The position numbers and the translations under genes were made by a program. Source: Eledone cirrhosa (taxonomy: Eukaryota). Taken from it: a stretch of DNA of 64,000 nt. Shown one piece after another: positions 14,411 to 27,280 of the stretch. The DNA is taken from assembly GCA_964016885.1 (NCBI GenBank), contig OZ024740.1:116684001-116748000 (forward strand), in the 5' to 3' direction. The notes below the pieces were generated by a model. The model saw nothing but the letters and a program-made list of their open reading frames with translations. It had not been told where the DNA came from and searched no databases. Numbering within the stretch: the first letter of the stretch is position 1; each line of letters opens with the position of its first letter.

Positions 14411-17030
14411 CATACCTAAAATCCGGGCTCCTGGTGTTACCCTGCCCAAAAGATTGAATGCTGCTCGTCTTAAGGATAAAAATGTGAAGAGGACATTGGA
14501 AGAAGAGATGCAGGCTGCAGATCTTGGTGAGGATTGGCCGACCCTTAAAAAGTCGGTTTATGATGTAGGCAGGCGTGTTCTGGGATTGGTGCAGAGAAAA
14601 CATCAGGACTGGTTTAATGAGAATGATGTACATATAGAAGACTTGTTGGCTGATAAGAGGCGTGCTCTGTCACGCTACTTGACGGCAAAACCACAGGAGA
14701 GGAATACGTTGCATGAGGAGCTCAGGGATGTAAAATCACGTGTTAGGCGGAGTCTTTCTCAGATGAAGGATCAGTGGTGGAGTGAGAAGGCTGGTGAGAT
14801 ACAAACTGCGTCTGATTGCAATAACACAAAGCTGTTGTACAGTCTCTTGCGTGAGGTTTATGGACCGTCTTCTTCTCTGGTGACACCGATTCGCAGCAGG
14901 GATGGCAAAGAACTTCTTCGTGACTCACAGGGAATTCTACGAAGGTGGCGAGAGCACTTTGATGATCTTTTGAATCAGCCGTCTGTCGTCAGTGAAGATT
15001 TCCTCAATCTCATTCCGGAAAGTCCTGTGAAAGTAGCTCTCGCAGAACCTCCGACACTTGTGGAGGTTGCAGTGGCTATTTCGAAGCTGAACAGTGGAAG
15101 ATCTCCAGGTATGGATGGCATACATGCTGAGCTCCTACAATATGGTGGTGAGAGACTCCTGCAACATCTTCACTCTCTGTTTGGAGGGATATGGGCTAAT
15201 GAATCCGTGCCTGAGGACTGGAGAGATGCAGTAATGGTGGTCTTGTACAAGGGAAAGGGTAACAGGAATGATTGTGGGAACTACAGAGGTATATCATTGC
15301 TTTCTGTCGTGGGGAAAGTTTTATGTAGGGTGCTTCTGGACCGTCTGCTGACACACATTGCAGATTGTGTCCTTCCTGAAAGTCAATCTGGTTTTCGTGT
15401 TGGACGCGGCACTACTGATATGATCTTCTCAGCTAGACAGCTCCAGGAGAAGTGCATTGAACAGGGCTTGGATCTGTATCAGGTTTTTGTCGATCTGACA
15501 AAGGCTTTCGATACTGTCAACAGAGATGCATTATGGAAGATTCTCCAGAAACTTGGTTGCCCTGATAAGTTCCTTGCTTTAGTTAGGTCTTTCCATGACG
15601 ACATGAGGGCTTGGGTTAATGTCGGAGGTAACATGTCGGAGCCTATCTCAGTAAAAAATGGAGTGAAACAGGGGGATATTCCAGCACCGACCCTGTTTGC
15701 CATATACTTTGCAATGGTTTTCTGTGTTGCATTCAGGAATTGCGAGCATGGTGTTTACATCCGATATCGAACCTCAGGCAGCATATTTAACATCAGGCGC
15801 TTTGCTGCGAAGACAAAGGTATTTACATCGGTCATAAGAGACCTCTTGTATGCAGATGATTGCGATCTTGTAGCGCACACAGAGAGTGATATGCAGCACA
15901 TTTTGAATGTATTTTCTGACGCTTGCACTGCCCTGGGTTTGACTGTCAGTCTCAAGAAAACCGTCGTCATGTACCAACCTGCACCTGGTAGGCAGTACAC
16001 TGAACCAAACATCTATGTGTATGGCAAACGACTTGGAGTGGTTGATCAGTTTGTCTACCTGGGAAGCACTGTCAATCGATACGGCAACCTTGACAGTGAA
16101 ATCTCACTTAGGATTAGGAAAGCAAGTGATGCTTTCGGAAAGCTAGAAAGGCGACTCTGGGGTCGGCGAGACATATGCAGGAGGACAAAGGTAAGGGTGT
16201 ACAGGGCATGTGTACTCTCTTGTCTTCTTTATGCCTGCGAGACCTGGGTCACATATCGACGCCACCTTAGGCAATTGGAGCGTTTCCATCAGATGTGTCT
16301 CAGACGGATACATGGCGTTCGCTGGAGGGACCACATCAGCGATGTCGAGATTTTGGAAAGCTCTATGTGTGACAGTATAGAAGCTCTTGTGCTTAAGCAG
16401 CGACTCCGTTGGAGTGGTCACCTTGCCAGGATGAAGGATTCTAGAATACCAAAACAACTCTTCTATGGAGAGTTGGTTAAAGGAAAACGACCGCCACATA
16501 AACCAAAAAAGAGGTATAAGGATTCCTTGAAGGCCTCTCTGAAAGACGCTAACATCTCTGCTGATACATGGGAAAATATTGCTGCTGATCGTAATAAATG
16601 GAGAAAGACTGTATATGAGGGAAAAGTTGCCTTTGAGGCATCTCGAATCGCACACGAGAAAGTAAAGCGGGACGTGAGGAAGGGTATTGCTGTTGCACTT
16701 CCAGACGGCGAGGGTCCTCCTATGTTTCTGACATGCAGCGTCTGTGCGAGACTCTGCCTAAGCAAAGCTGGACTCGAAAGTCATCTTCGCAGTCATAAAG
16801 TAAGACCAGTGGTTGACTACCAGGCTGCTGTTGGAGATGCTACTCATCATGCTTGCCAAACATGTGGTAGAGAATGTAAATCAGCAGGAGGACTCAAGCG
16901 ACATGCAAAAGTACACGAACTCCAACCACAGCCGACTATTCCCAGTAAATGTTTTGGTTGCCGACTCTGTGCAACACATTTTAGATCATTGGCTGGGCTA
17001 AAAAGCCACATTCGATCGCAGCACTGTTAG
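14411..17030 (+). CDS. RTE-clade LINE ORF, 5'-truncated (no APE): reverse transcriptase + three C-terminal C2H2 zinc fingers
   Basis: NYRGISLLS, LPESQSGFR, FVDLTKAFD, GVKQG, LYADD, YLGS, LRWSGH motifs; fingers CSVC..HLRSH, CQTC..HAKVH, CRLC..HIRSQH. The first ~93 aa of the 966-aa ORF are flank and (TATG)n read-through. Confidence 0.92.
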
Positions 17031-17038
17031 TTGCTATC

Positions 17039-17078
<40 letters not shown>

Positions 17079-17157
17079 GCTTATGTGCGTGCGTGTGTGT
17101 GTATATATATATGAATATGTATATTATTGTTGTTGTTGTCGTTATTAATATTATTGC

Positions 17158-17203
<46 letters not shown>

Positions 17204-17323
17204 GTTATTAATGTATGTGTGTATATATGTGTGAGTGTATGTGTATGTATGTGTGTGTGTATATATGTATGTATGTGTATGTATGTGTGTGTATATATAT
17301 GTGTATGTATATATATATGTATA

Positions 17324-17356
<33 letters not shown>

Positions 17357-17391
17357 CTTTTCCCTTTTTTTTTTTTTTTTTTTTTTTTTTC

Positions 17392-17436
<45 letters not shown>

Positions 17437-17592
17437 TTTTTATTTTTTTTATTTTTTTATTGTGCAATGGCCATACTCGATAACGAGGGGGCAGCCATCA
17501 TGTAGGTACATACATGTAGTTATACACAAATATGGAGAGTTATTTCTCCCTGGTCCCTTCTCTCTCTATATATATATATGTGCGTGTGTGTG

Positions 17593-17645
<53 letters not shown>

Positions 17646-19056
17646 ATGTGTGTGTAGGCATATATGTAGGTGTTTGTATATGTGTAGGATTTTGTCCGGT
17701 ATTTCTATGAATATTACCCTCACATAGGGATCCCAAAATGCGACAGACTATCTGGATTTACGTTAATAAAGCCAGTTGCTGTTCAAACTTTGGAACCCGA
17801 GATTATTATGGTCGATTCAATTCGTACGCTCCGTTTAGCTTTCAAGTTCATCTTATGAGTTGGAATATTAATTCACTTGATATTTTCTCCTCAATTAGTT
17901 TTTCATCATGGCGTTCTTTGACTTTCAAATTAAGCGCAAACATTAAAAAGATTCGCACTGAGATTTTATATCTCATAATATGAATAGACTAAACACGAGC
18001 AGGGAGATAGAGATAGGCAGATAGAAAGAGAAAGAAAGAAAGGCTGAGAGTGTGAGATATGGGTGTGGAAGTAGGATATATATATATATATATATAAATA
18101 TATATATAGAGAGAGAGGGAGTGAGAGAGACAAGAAAGAGAAAGAGACAAGAAAGAGAGAGGGAAAGAAAGCCGTGTGGGGTGGTGTTGCGTATTTTGTG
18201 ACGAGTATAATATTACATACGTACACATTTTCACGCACACGCTTTTGTTTTATATAATATGCAAGCATATGCAGTTCTTTATTCGTGACTAGTCATACAT
18301 TTGCAAACATACACAAAACAATCGACAGAGATATATGTATAATACAATATATTTCTATGTACGAAGTTACAACATGTATATAATATTTTTTATTAACATG
18401 GTTGTTAAGTTTGCAGTTTTGCCGATATTAACAGCTTCTCAAAACAGCAATATCTTTTATTTTCGAAAACTATTGGAACAAAATTGTAAAATATGTTCGA
18501 GGGTAATTCATGTATTTTCAATTCAATCTAATGATATCTGTGTATGTGACTAAAACAGTGGTTTTCAGAGGCTCAGGCTGCATGACTCTTGCTTTTCATT
18601 TTGAATTTTCAGCTAGTAATATTTCACCCGAATAACATGGGCAAGCTTTTCCAAGTTCAGTAATTGTATAGTTCCAAACAGGACAGCAGATTTTTGTGTA
18701 CTCTCAATTTGAGATATCCCCTATAGTTGGGTATATTGGCATTTCATTTGTTATATACACATTATCACCATTCTTTCCCAGTTATATACACATTATCACC
18801 ATTCCTTTCCAATTTCCTCACTTGACCGAGTGTTTCTCGTTTGAAAATCACTGGACTAAAACAAAGTAATTATCACACCGACGCACACCTGACTGTAAAA
18901 ACCATTATTGAATGAACTTCTAACGTAATTTACAGTAGATTCCATTTCGGAATGAGTGTGGCGTGGATTTCACACCAGGATGTCTCCGAGTATATATAGG
19001 GATTGCAGTGGATTCAAATTTGAAACACGGCTGTCTTATATATATATATATATATA

Positions 19057-19200
19057 CAGTCGAGAACTGACCAGGTTGCCAGGTTGCCCAATGGCAAGTG
19101 CGCCCCAGGGGGCCCACGGTAGCATTGCAAGAGGCCACAGTAGCATTGCAGGGCACACTGTAGTATTTTAGGCGCCAATGCTTTGCTTTAAAAAAATACC
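19057..19200. mobile_element. Possible end of a non-autonomous DNA transposon
   Basis: GC-rich CAG-initiated block after (TA)n with GGTTGCCAGG...GGGGGCCCAC, also seen inverted at ~27473-27500. Confidence 0.3.
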
Positions 19201-19423
19201 TGAAATTTAAAAGAAAGAATAAAATTATAAAAATAAATAAATAAAACAATTAAGCAAAGCATTTGGTCAACCAATTCCCCAGGGAATTACTAGAAACCAA
19301 AATATACGTTAGTGCAAATAGTGGTTGTACATTGTGCTAAATCTAAAGCATGCAAATATATATATAGTGCTTTATGTAGGCTACAGAGCTTTTTAGTTAT
19401 GTAATAAACAACATAAGATAATT

Positions 19424-19488
19424 ATTTCATTTACCAATGGTTTCTTGAAGACAGATATTTATGTTTGTCTTCATTCATCAGAAAAAAT
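19424..19488 (-). ncRNA. Type I hammerhead ribozyme motif
   Basis: Minus strand: TTTT-CTGATGA-A-TGAAGACA-(12 nt)-TGTCTTCA-A-GAAAC-CATTG-GTA-AATGAAA; weak stem I; short (TA)n at ~19357. Confidence 0.7.
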
Positions 19489-19810
19489 ATTTATTATGGA
19501 ATAGTGATATGGATTTGAAAACAGAGTTTAGGATAAATGAAAGTGAAGCTGAAATAAAATAACAGGCATAAATTGAGGGGGAAAAAAAATCCAAATACAT
19601 AAACGTACACATACACAAACTCACGCATATACGTAGTACGTAAACATATACATTCGCACATAAGTATATGTGCGTCTACATGGAAATACAAATACACACA
19701 TATACGTGCGATCTTTCGCTCACATATGCGCACACACAGGCACACGATCACACACCTACTCAATATTAACGTATAAATATATATACGTACATCTCTCCAT
19801 ACATACACAT

Positions 19811-19892
<82 letters not shown>

Positions 19893-20087
19893 ATACTTGG
19901 GGAGGGTCATATTTGTGTAATAGTATTGCCAGAATTAATAATAGAACACACCCACTGTTTGGTTGGTTTTCGCTTCTGTGTCTCTTATATCGGTTAATTT
20001 AATTTATTCGGACCTCAATGTTGCCGTTGACTGACCAACGGTCAAAAATACAGATACAATATAGAAACAAACACATATATATAGTCT

Positions 20088-20129
20088 ATCAAAGTTCTTT
20101 CGTTGCACATCTGCAACATCGTTAGTGGT
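20088..20129 (-). ncRNA. Degenerate hammerhead in PLE terminal repeat
   Basis: Minus strand: ACCA-CTAACGA-T-GTTGCA-GATG-TGCAAC-GAAAGAACTT-TGAT; core G5 is A; positional counterpart of 40688-40732. Confidence 0.6.
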
Positions 20130-20357
20130 GCTATTATGTTTCCTCCCGTTGCATTGTATGCTTACGCCATCTTTATTTAGTCTGTTTATTTATTTATTTA
20201 TTTGTTTATTTTTTTGTCTTCTCTGCGCATGCGTTTGCGTGTGTGTATAGTGTTTTGTTTGATGTGAGTTCTTGTTTGGGTGACTGTGTATTGGTTAATG
20301 TATTCTATCTTAGTTTACTAGTGTGTGTTTATATGTGTTTGTTGTTATTGTGCTTGT

Positions 20358-20384
<27 letters not shown>

Positions 20385-20388
<4 letters not shown>

Positions 20389-21641
20389 TACTTCTCTTAG
20401 GTCGTGTGTTTGTTTGGGTGTTGTTGTTATTCCATTCACCTTTTCTGTTTAGCCTTGGCCTTCTAAGTTCTATTTCGTTGGCCTCTCTGATTTGCCTATC
20501 TGCTGGGTCATTTCTATGTTTAGATATTATTCTAACTTCTATGTTGTCTATGTTACCGTTGTGTTGTTGTCTGGCATGTTCGTATAGTACTGAACCGTTT
20601 TTTCGTCCCTTTAGTTCCCCCTGTCTTGGTCTATCCTTTTACCTATGCTACGAGCTGTCTCGCCTATGTATGTTGTAGTCATGTTTCTGCAAGGATCCTC
20701 TGTACATCTTATGCTATAGACTACGTTTCTAGTTTTACAGTTTATCCGAGGGTTTACTTTACATATGATACATTTCCTATTAGTATAGTGGGTTTTCTTA
20801 AAAGGGTAGGTTTTGCTGATCAGGGATTTTATGGTGGTTCCTGGCTTTTCTACCACCTTAATCTTTAAGTGGGTCTTTCTCAGGGCTTTTCTACACTGGT
20901 TAGCTAATTTCCCTCCAGGGGTAGCGTCCACAAACATGGCACTCTGGTATCTCTGGTTGTCGTACCATGAGGTGGCTTTCCCTATCTTATGTCTAGTCCT
21001 AGCTAAGCTATTCCATGATTTGCTCCTGTATAATGGGCAAATTCCTTTCATGTCCAGTTCTATGAGGGTCTTATACTTCTCCGTGGCTCCTTCGTATACT
21101 CTGATTCTGTCTCTTTGGTTGTAGCCAGAGAACTGCATGCGGTTGATGAAGTGTTGGATGTGTCTTTCCATTTCTGTTGGGTCGCACATGCGGGACACGT
21201 TCTTCATCACTCGTACCAAGTCTGCGATCAGAATATTAAACTTAGCACTACTGGACATTGCTGAGTTTTTGAGTATCGTGTATGTGGAGGCCACATAGTG
21301 TGAGTGCAGAATTTGGGCTCTCTCGTCTATAGTGTTAATCCAGAGTTCCGTGTCTAATACAGGTAGTCTATTGTTAGGGTGTTTGGAAGGGTAGTCGATA
21401 GTTACAGTTATACTCTGGTGTATAAAATTAGTTATCTGGTGGATGCTTTCCATTATGCTACGTTCTAAATCAAACTTGTTAGTGCTCTCTTGTGGGGATG
21501 TCCTTATAACTATATTGATGTCGTCTACGCAACGAGAGTACATGATGAGGTCTATGGAACTTTCATCAAGGAGATCTTTGAGTCTCCTTTCCCACAATAC
21601 ATAAAAAGGTTGGCAACGTCACCAGCTATGCTGACGCCAAT
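20385..21641 (-). pseudogene. PLE RT C-terminal part + GIY-YIG endonuclease, frameshifted
   Basis: IGVSIAGDVANLF, YSRCVDD, LPVLDTELW, MQFSGY, NVVYSIRC..YIGETARS; continues in another frame as SVLYEHARQQH...RQIREA...LNRKGEWN. Confidence 0.88.
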
Positions 21642-21770
21642 GGTTATTAATTCTGGCAATGCTATTACACAAATATGACCCTCCCCAAGTATAACAATAT
21701 TTGTTTCGACACACGATTTCATATCAAAAACCTCGCAAAACTAATATATATATATATATATTATAGATTA

Positions 21771-21850
<80 letters not shown>

Positions 21851-22022
21851 ATAAACATAGGATAACAAAATATCGTTATAGGTAATCCAGTTAGAGGTTG
21901 TGAATACTTTGTTTGACTCAACAAGAGGTTTACATATATGGCGAGTTTATGATTTAACTTGTATTCCTATGTAAGTCTATCTTGGAGTAATAAAATGAAG
22001 AATAACATGAAGAATAACATTT

Positions 22023-22054
<32 letters not shown>

Positions 22055-22059
22055 CACAT

Positions 22060-22185
<126 letters not shown>

Positions 22186-22601
22186 ACACAAGCACAAACA
22201 AACATATGTATACGTACATTCACACATCTGCCTATATACACACGTATACACAGACATACATATGCTCACACACACGCGCACGCTTACACTTAAGTGTGCA
22301 CATAGACGTAATCGTAAAGATATATATATATACACACAGACATACATACATGCATGCGGATACATAACCGCACACATACGTATAGGCATGAAACACATAC
22401 GTACAATTACAAACGACAGCACGCACACACACACACGCATAAAATCTAACTGGGGGAGGTAGCGAGGGGAACAGATATAAATAAAAAATAAAATTAAAGA
22501 TCAAAAATAAAAAAGGCATAAAGGGACAAGTTGACAACGAAAGGGGGGAAAAATAAAGATTAAATATATATTTATACACACACACACACATATATATATA
22601 T

Positions 22602-22632
<31 letters not shown>

Positions 22633-22796
22633 CACATACCCTCATACGCATATATATATATATATATATATATAAAGAGAGAGAGACAGACACATATATA
22701 TATATGTATATGTACACACACGAAAAAGTACTTGTATATATATATACGCCGATTGGCGCCCGACAGATTGGTCGGTCAAGGTGATATATATATATA

Positions 22797-22931
22797 TAGG
22801 AACGAGTAGGACCCCGACGGCTGAGCTCAGCCGTCGGGGTCCTACTCGTTCCTATTACCCACTCTACTACTCTAAGTATTGAGTACTTTGGTGCGTTATG
22901 GTCCACCTGGTTCCTTACCACATTTCCTTCG

Positions 22932-22933
<2 letters not shown>
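22797..22933 (+). mobile_element. Short repeat family C (hammerhead 3' half + ~90-nt tail) with perfect 58-bp palindrome
   Basis: 22797-22854 is a perfect palindrome centred on GAGCTC; the tail CCTATTACCCACTCTACTAC...TTCCTTCGT runs into (TA)n. Confidence 0.8.
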
Positions 22934-22976
<43 letters not shown>

Positions 22977-23223
22977 AGATAAGGAAAATCTGCCTCGCAG
23001 ACTCAAGACGTATCTGAGAACCTTGCGATTTTCAGAGTCAGGTTCGATCATCACATCGATCGTGCCTCGAGCTGGTCGCCAGAGAAACGATTGTAATATG
23101 TCCAATAAATTGCATTCGTTGCAACAGTGATTCTCTTTTTTCTGTGATATCATAGTCTGCTCTATGAGAGCATCGAATGCTCAAACGGCTCACCGCAAAC
23201 GGACGCTTTAAGCATCCAACACC

Positions 23224-23327
<104 letters not shown>

Positions 23328-23378
23328 AGGATGAATATAAAATGAAAGTGCTTTTGTTAAAAAAGGAATTTATTAGGT

Positions 23379-23494
23379 ATTGACATATGTTTCTGTAACA
23401 GACCGAATACCTATGTATCGCTGCTTGCGTAATCATATAATGTTAGCAAGTATTCGATAGCAAATGTATAATCAGTTGTCACTTCTTCAGAGAT
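23379..23494 (-). ncRNA. Candidate hammerhead with greatly extended stem II
   Basis: Minus strand: ATCT-CTGAAGA-A-GTGACA...(~75 nt imperfect hairpin)...TGTTAC-A-GAAAC-ATAT-GTC-AAT; stem I poor. Confidence 0.5.
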
Positions 23495-23963
23495 TTTGGA
23501 TAAACTGGATAAAATCAGAAAAATTGAAGTATTTATATTAGTAAAAGAGGAAGGAACAGAGGGGATAGAATATGACAGATGGTAAAATAATTTACTGCTA
23601 AACAAGTATATAATGGGTTTTTAATGAGAATACCATGAGTAAATCTAAATAAGAATTTTGGGGGTGCCGATTTTAATCTCTACTTGACCAACTGGACAGT
23701 GGACAGGGCTGGTCATTTGGTGCAGTAGTATTAATCATAAAGTGTCAATTGGGGAAGGGGGAGATTTCGATTGCTACTAAATAACATCAATGCTAGTGGT
23801 CAGCTGGTATTTGCTCTAGGGAATTGAATAAAAAAATCAGAAATCTCATTTTATCTATAGCAGTTTGTATTAAAAGGTAAATAATAGAAGAGTTGATAGA
23901 ATTAAGACTAATAAAGAATGTTCATATCTATTTTGACAATCAAACGGGGATAGAGACAGGCGT

Positions 23964-26282
23964 TCAATCCTGGTAGTATTTATAATATGAAAATGTAGAT
24001 TTTAAGCGATGGTTACAGTATAACGATCGCTCTATTCTGTTATTTAATAAAATGTTTTTGGATTTCATAATACAAAATAATTCTACATTACATAATCTAC
24101 AAAATTCCTGTCCATTGGAATATGGGGGGGCAGTCGCTATTATATCCCATTTTAGGTGAAATTGTTGGTTATTTTCACGCAGCTGCCAAGCCTTGTCTGC
24201 GAGTGTTGTTACATAACGCTGGTTTTCATGTTTTATCGAATAACGATGTCTATAAAGGCGTGATTTAAAGGAGGTGGCTGTAGATCCCACATAGTACCAC
24301 TTCTGTCTATCCGATTCGATAGTACATTTGTATACGATGTTGCGTTCAAGACACTGGTTGTTCAACGGACACATTCCTGGTTGGACACAGTTGCAATTAC
24401 AATTTTGCGTTGTTGTATTGCCATGGATGGGTTGATGAGGTTGCTTATGTAGAACAGGATGTTGTTTGTTGTTTTGTGATGTTATAGCTAATGTTTTACG
24501 TGTATTGTTATGTGTTGGAAGGCGTTTATACAACCGTTTTGCGTTAAGCATTTTTATATGTTGTTCAATATTAGGGGCGGTTGAATATGAAAGTCGGATG
24601 GTGTTAGGGTTTAAGATTTTATTATATTTATGTGATGTTGGAAAGTGTTTTCTAACTAATCGAAAGAATTTTGAGGGTAGATTGGTTTTAATAGATTTGT
24701 TATAGACCGGGTTGTACCAGATATACTCCTTACATCGCCTTCTGTTTGGTGGTGTGCGACTATTATTGTGTCTATTGCGGTAGTGTATGTATGGTGGTGA
24801 TTCTGTGCTATTTCTACTCCTATGTGATTTATTTTGGGTGTTTTGGTGATCATTGACTATATACTCTATATTATCTAGGTGACCGGCTTTCCTAAGTGCA
24901 TCATCATAATACTCGGCATGTTCTTTGAAGGTTTGTTGGTTGGACGATAGGCGGGAGATTCTAAGAGAAACATTTCTAGGGATGGATTTAATTATAGAGA
25001 GTGGATGGTTAGAACTCGTATTTACATATTTAAGGTTCTCATTTAGTTTATGGAACGGTTTAATCGTATCTGTATTGAGATTGAAAGTAACATCAAGGAA
25101 ATTGACCTCTTTGAGGTTATATTCAAATGTAATATTTAATCCTAGTTCTTTAAAAAGTTTTCTGATATTTTTACGCATCCTTTCTAAATTCTGGTTATTC
25201 ATATTCTTAACTAATAGGAGCGCATCGTCACGGTAAATTCCACCGTGGAGATCCTTGAATTTTCCTTGTAATCTGTGGGTGATATAAATTCCCACAAGAT
25301 CTGTTACCTCCGCCGAATCATTAGAACCCATAGTGATATCAAAATTAGAAGGTCTATCTTTGCGAACCCAGTAGCTATCATCGAATTTAACTATAGTTTT
25401 TCTCGCTTCCATAATAATTTTAATTTCAGCATCCGTAAGGTCGGAATTATCCTTAGCGAACGAAAGAGCTTCATGTAGAGTATCAGGTGAAATTGAGGAA
25501 TAATATTCATCAATATCAAACTGAATAAATTTTGATTTTTTCTTATCAGTAATGTTGTTAAACCATCTTATTGCTTCATGAGTGTTACCCCATAGTTTAA
25601 TCTCTACTTTAATCTTAACTTGGGGGATAATTTTGTCTAGTATATATTTGCTAATTTTACCTATATCAGATTTAGAGGGGCATATAAGTCTAATATTAGG
25701 GTTAGTATCGAAGTTTACCTTGTGGTCCTTCAGGTTGAAGGATGGTATAGCTGGTGTTAAGGGTTGCGTTCTATCGTCAATACAAAGTTTTTTAACAATA
25801 TCACATGCCGAGTTGTTGATGTTTTTAAGTGTGGCTTCATTAGTTTTCCTGTATTTTTTATGCAATTCCTTACGGATGAAGTTATTGTAAGTGTCCACAT
25901 CCATGGTATATACGTTTGATGTTTTGTCTGCTCTAACAATAACTCCATTGGCGTTTTTTAGATTATTGAGCAGTGCCGTGATGTCATTCTGTAGTTTATT
26001 GTTCTTACGTTTTGTAAATTTGATCTCCATGATCATATCCATTAGGTCTTGTTCAAATGCATCCAAAAGTGGGTTTGAGGGTGGATTCTTGTAAGATTTA
26101 AATCCAAATTTATCCTTGTTAAGATCCGATGTTTGGTTTATACGGCTTTTGTCAAAATGGAATGTTTTCCATCTGATTCGTCGAATAAAATCATTGGTCC
26201 TTCGTATCATACCTAGAATATATTCCCTTTTTGCCTGAATAGGTATGTTTTTTAACGACATATCCAATTGGTGCCTTTCCAT
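23964..26282 (-). CDS. PLE protein, 772 aa: reverse transcriptase + GIY-YIG endonuclease
   Basis: N-terminal SLKNIP..RRIRWK, ADKTSN, LKDHK, FDIDEYYSSI, MGSNDSAE, YRDD, FLDV, YVNTSSNHP, CNC..CPLNNQC, NIVYKC..YYVGST, CRLC..E, LLN.R.E..C.H; this layout is characteristic of Naiad PLEs. Confidence 0.92.
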   Translation of the reverse strand: MERHQLDMSLKNIPIQAKREYILGMIRRTNDFIRRIRWKTFHFDKSRINQTSDLNKDKFGFKSYKNPPSNPLLDAFEQDLMDMIMEIKFTKRKNNKLQNDITALLNNLKNANGVIVRADKTSNVYTMDVDTYNNFIRKELHKKYRKTNEATLKNINNSACDIVKKLCIDDRTQPLTPAIPSFNLKDHKVNFDTNPNIRLICPSKSDIGKISKYILDKIIPQVKIKVEIKLWGNTHEAIRWFNNITDKKKSKFIQFDIDEYYSSISPDTLHEALSFAKDNSDLTDAEIKIIMEARKTIVKFDDSYWVRKDRPSNFDITMGSNDSAEVTDLVGIYITHRLQGKFKDLHGGIYRDDALLLVKNMNNQNLERMRKNIRKLFKELGLNITFEYNLKEVNFLDVTFNLNTDTIKPFHKLNENLKYVNTSSNHPLSIIKSIPRNVSLRISRLSSNQQTFKEHAEYYDDALRKAGHLDNIEYIVNDHQNTQNKSHRSRNSTESPPYIHYRNRHNNSRTPPNRRRCKEYIWYNPVYNKSIKTNLPSKFFRLVRKHFPTSHKYNKILNPNTIRLSYSTAPNIEQHIKMLNAKRLYKRLPTHNNTRKTLAITSQNNKQHPVLHKQPHQPIHGNTTTQNCNCNCVQPGMCPLNNQCLERNIVYKCTIESDRQKWYYVGSTATSFKSRLYRHRYSIKHENQRYVTTLADKAWQLRENNQQFHLKWDIIATAPPYSNGQEFCRLCNVELFCIMKSKNILLNNRIERSLYCNHRLKSTFSYYKYYQD

Positions 26283-26534
26283 TTTAGAAGCGTATGCTGA
26301 ATTAGTTGCTCAACTGTATAGGAGATTAATAAAATTTCAGGTTATCAATAATGTAGTGATAATATATCGTTACGTTAGAGATGAACAGCGTACGTGCAGG
26401 TTTGCTCAACGAGTATAAATTATATTCCGGAGAAATGTAGAAAGGATGAATATAAAATGAAAGTGCTTTTGTTAAAAAAGGAATTTATTAGGTATTGACA
26501 TATGTTTCTGTAACAGACCGAATACCTATGTATC

Positions 26535-26847
<313 letters not shown>

Positions 26848-26899
26848 AGGATGTAGTTTTTGTAACACCCAAATGATTTAGAAGTAGGAGCAATAACAT

Positions 26900-27280
26900 T
26901 TAGAAAGACATGACCGACTCCACAACACTTTGTTTTGAAAATTTTGAAAGACGGTTTATAAGTATTAATTTTCATGGGATATGCGTAGTTGTCTCTGTGG
27001 CTTAGCGGGAGGTCCAAGAGACGGTGGATATCCTGTCCTTGGGTTCAATCCCGATCAAGAAATACATGTAACATTTTTTTATTTTACAACCAATAGAAAA
27101 AAACTGAAAAAGTTTACGGGGAACCTTACTCCCGACCAGGATCGAACTTCAGACCAAGATCACCACCGTCTTTTATTCCTCCAAGACAGCTACAAAAGCA
27201 TAATGAAAATTGATAATTATACACCTACTTTCAAAATCAAAGTTAAAAAGATATGGTGTCGTTCATGGCTTTCCTAGAGC
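26900..27280. mobile_element. Old MITE-like element with imperfect inverted arms and a tRNA-like interior
   Basis: TAGAAAGACATGACCGACTCCA..TTTTGAAAG..ATTAATTTTCAT versus ATGAAAATTGAT..CTTTCAAAA..TGGTGTCGTTCATGGCTTTCCTAG; GGTTCAATCC at ~27042. Confidence 0.35.

Larger units (their letters stand above)
19886..21745 (-). mobile_element. 5'-truncated Penelope-like element with inverted 5' terminal segment (related to 36112-40890)
   Basis: RT/GIY-YIG remnant; 3' end stops at ATGACCCTCCCCAAGTATAACAATA|(TA)n; inverted copy of that end plus ~45-bp extension at 21644-21745. Confidence 0.9.

Noticed and set aside
23964-26282. Selenocysteine recoding in the Naiad-type ORF
   Set aside because: No internal in-frame TGA; the terminal TGA follows the complete C-terminal motif; I could not identify a convincing SECIS by eye.
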